A stretch of 56,427 bases of DNA from Patescibacteria group bacterium (GTDB lineage: Bacteria; Patescibacteriota; Minisyncoccia; Moranbacterales; UBA1568): assembly GCA_038078615.1 (NCBI GenBank), contig JBBTWT010000001.1, positions 1-56,427 on the forward strand. The letters run 5' to 3'. A program made the translations under genes and the position numbers. Below, in pieces: positions 55,161-56,427 of this stretch (positions are counted from its first letter, which is position 1; each line of letters begins with the position of its first letter). The notes under the pieces are model-generated. The model was not told the origin of the DNA. It saw nothing but the letters and a program-made list of their open reading frames with translations, and made no database searches.

Positions 55161-55883
55161 TCAGAGCGCCAGGCGCAGGAACAGGCTCAGGACGAAATTG
55201 ATGAAGATGCTGATGGGGGTGGCGAAAAAGAAGATGACGAAGATGAGCAGGAACAGGCCGTATTGCTCGAGCAGGGATACGGTGCGTTCGCGAAGCGGCA
55301 CCAGGGCATACAGGAGTTTCGAACCGTCGAGCGGCGGCACGGGCAGCAGGTTGAAGCACGCGAGCACCACGTTCCAGAAGATCACCAGAAGCAACAGTCC
55401 GAAAAAGATGCTCGCGAGCGACCCGGACAACGCGTCCGCAAACAGGCTGAAGCGCTCGACAAAATCCCCTCTGCCGCCGATGACGCCGATGAAACGCCCG
55501 AGGATGTCCGTTTTCGCGAGGAGCGTCAACGGCAACGCCTTGGCGATGAGGGCGGCGAGAGTCGCCAGAAGCAGGTTCGATCCCGGTCCGGCGAGCGCCA
55601 CCCAGGTCGGTCCCCATTTCTGGTTGCGCAGATTGTACGGATTGTACGGCACCGGCTTGGCCCAGCCGAACGCGAATCCCGTACTTACGACGAGCAGTAT
55701 CGGCAAAATCACCGAGCCGAACGGATCGATATGCTTCCATGGATTCAGGTTGAGCCGGCCGGCGTATTTCGCCGTCAGGTCGCCGAGCCAGAGCGCCACC
55801 AGCCCGTGCGATACCTCGTGGATGATCACGGAATACACGAGCGTCAGGAGATAGAATCCTATCAATACGATTTCGTTGCCCAT
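55161..55883 (-). CDS. Site-2 protease (peptidase M50) family membrane metalloprotease
   Basis: It has the HEVSHGLVA (HExxH) motif in a polytopic 240-aa protein. Confidence 0.8.
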   Translation of the reverse strand: MGNEIVLIGFYLLTLVYSVIIHEVSHGLVALWLGDLTAKYAGRLNLNPWKHIDPFGSVILPILLVVSTGFAFGWAKPVPYNPYNLRNQKWGPTWVALAGPGSNLLLATLAALIAKALPLTLLAKTDILGRFIGVIGGRGDFVERFSLFADALSGSLASIFFGLLLLVIFWNVVLACFNLLPVPPLDGSKLLYALVPLRERTVSLLEQYGLFLLIFVIFFFATPISIFINFVLSLFLRLAL

Positions 55884-55934
55884 AGTGCGAAGAGTGAATC
55901 AGGAATACTAAAACCGAACAACAGAGATGCTGCC

Positions 55935-56049
55935 GAAAGGATTCCAGAAGTTTTTTAGGCCCGCCTGCCACGATGTGGCACTTCGGGCAGGGAACCATGT
56001 GGCGAAATTTTTTCGGCGCGGTTCATCTAAAAACTGCTGGAGTCCTTTC
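55935..56049. repeat. Palindromic intergenic element 'D', copy 2 (with 32-nt nested GC-rich insertion at 55960-55991)
   Basis: Same core as 37851-37937. The outermost stem is GAAAGGA/TCCTTTC instead of GAGAAAAAA/TTTTTTCTC. Confidence 0.85.
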
Positions 56050-56160
56050 GATTCTAAGGAGGTGTTGCTGCCCCCTGTTTCTGAGAAACAATGACACGCG
56101 CCTTGTCAAAGGGACAAAGGTATGATACCGTACTCAGAGTAATATCTCAAGACCATCAGT

Positions 56161-56337
56161 ATGAGCCGAGTGTGCCAGATGACCGGACGCAAAACAGCCT
56201 CGGGCAATTCCCGCAGCCATTCCAATATCGCCACCCGTCGCACGTTCAAGATCAATCTCCAGACCAGGCGCATCGGCGGCATGAAATTGCATCTCTCTAC
56301 CCGTGCACTCCGCACACTCGCCAAGGCGGCGAAATAG
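56161..56337 (+). CDS. rpmB: 50S ribosomal protein L28
   Basis: Hand translation gives [58 protein letters not shown]. At 58 aa it is below the ORF-track cutoff. It has the classic L28 N-terminus. Confidence 0.85.
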   Translation: MSRVCQMTGRKTASGNSRSHSNIATRRTFKINLQTRRIGGMKLHLSTRALRTLAKAAK

Positions 56338-56390
56338 ACGCGCCGTTCAACAATACACAAAAACCTCTTTTTATTGATCTGTACCCCGAA

Positions 56391-56417
56391 AAGTGGACAC
56401 GAAAGTGTCCGCTTTTT
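56391..56417 (+). terminator. Rho-independent terminator after rpmB
   Basis: AAGTGGACAC-gaaa-GTGTCCGCTT followed by TTT. Confidence 0.65.
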
Positions 56418-56427
56418 GTATTTGGTA

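Noticed and set aside
55126-55998. 290-aa minus-strand ORF overlapping the M50 protease gene.
   Set aside because: It is an alternative frame of the same strand with Arg/Ala/Pro-rich composition. The 240-aa frame carries the HExxH motif and TM helices.

Overview
This 56.4-kb window looks like a Candidate Phyla Radiation (Patescibacteria)-type bacterium. It uses the standard genetic code (TGA is used as a stop), has no L30 gene between rpsE and rplO, carries r-proteins with terminal extensions, and has a sparse housekeeping gene set. About 90% of genes are on the minus strand.

Gene order from right to left:
- rpmB (+), an M50 protease, then the contiguous str-S10-spc ribosomal superoperon (rpsL-rpsG-fusA-tuf-rpsJ ... 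rplO-secY-adk-map).
- ruvX, a GT2, galT, tpiA-fba-gap, a coiled-coil hypothetical, D-aminoacylase, murD, a CsoR-like repressor, gdh, trxB.
- A complete diversity-generating retroelement (DGR: RT, Avd-like ORF, TR, and a target gene with VR).
- murA, mreB, a four-helix-bundle gene cassette, a GT4, a small membrane protein (+), a second GT4, holB, ftsQ.
- Two tandem GT39-like membrane glycosyltransferases (+).
- A block of large hypothetical proteins, a PP2C phosphatase and a VirD4/TraG-like ATPase.
- A 1.1-kb insertion in the 3' end of the ATPase gene, carrying a membrane-anchored wHTH/Cas2-like gene bracketed by perfect palindromes.

The most notable content:
1. The DGR has strictly adenine-specific TR/VR differences but an unusual layout. 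Avd is antisense between TR and RT, it lacks a canonical start, and a C9+(TC)n slippage tract sits in front of it.
2. Intergenic and in-frame repeat or hairpin elements are very dense. They include 7-8-nt periodic AGCT/ACTT arrays, long-stem elements with conserved cores, and nested GC-rich hairpin modules. Several sit inside the ribosomal-protein operon.
3. The ATPase gene terminus is duplicated around the palindrome-flanked insertion.

All coordinates and counts were derived by hand from the sequence. No database searches were run.
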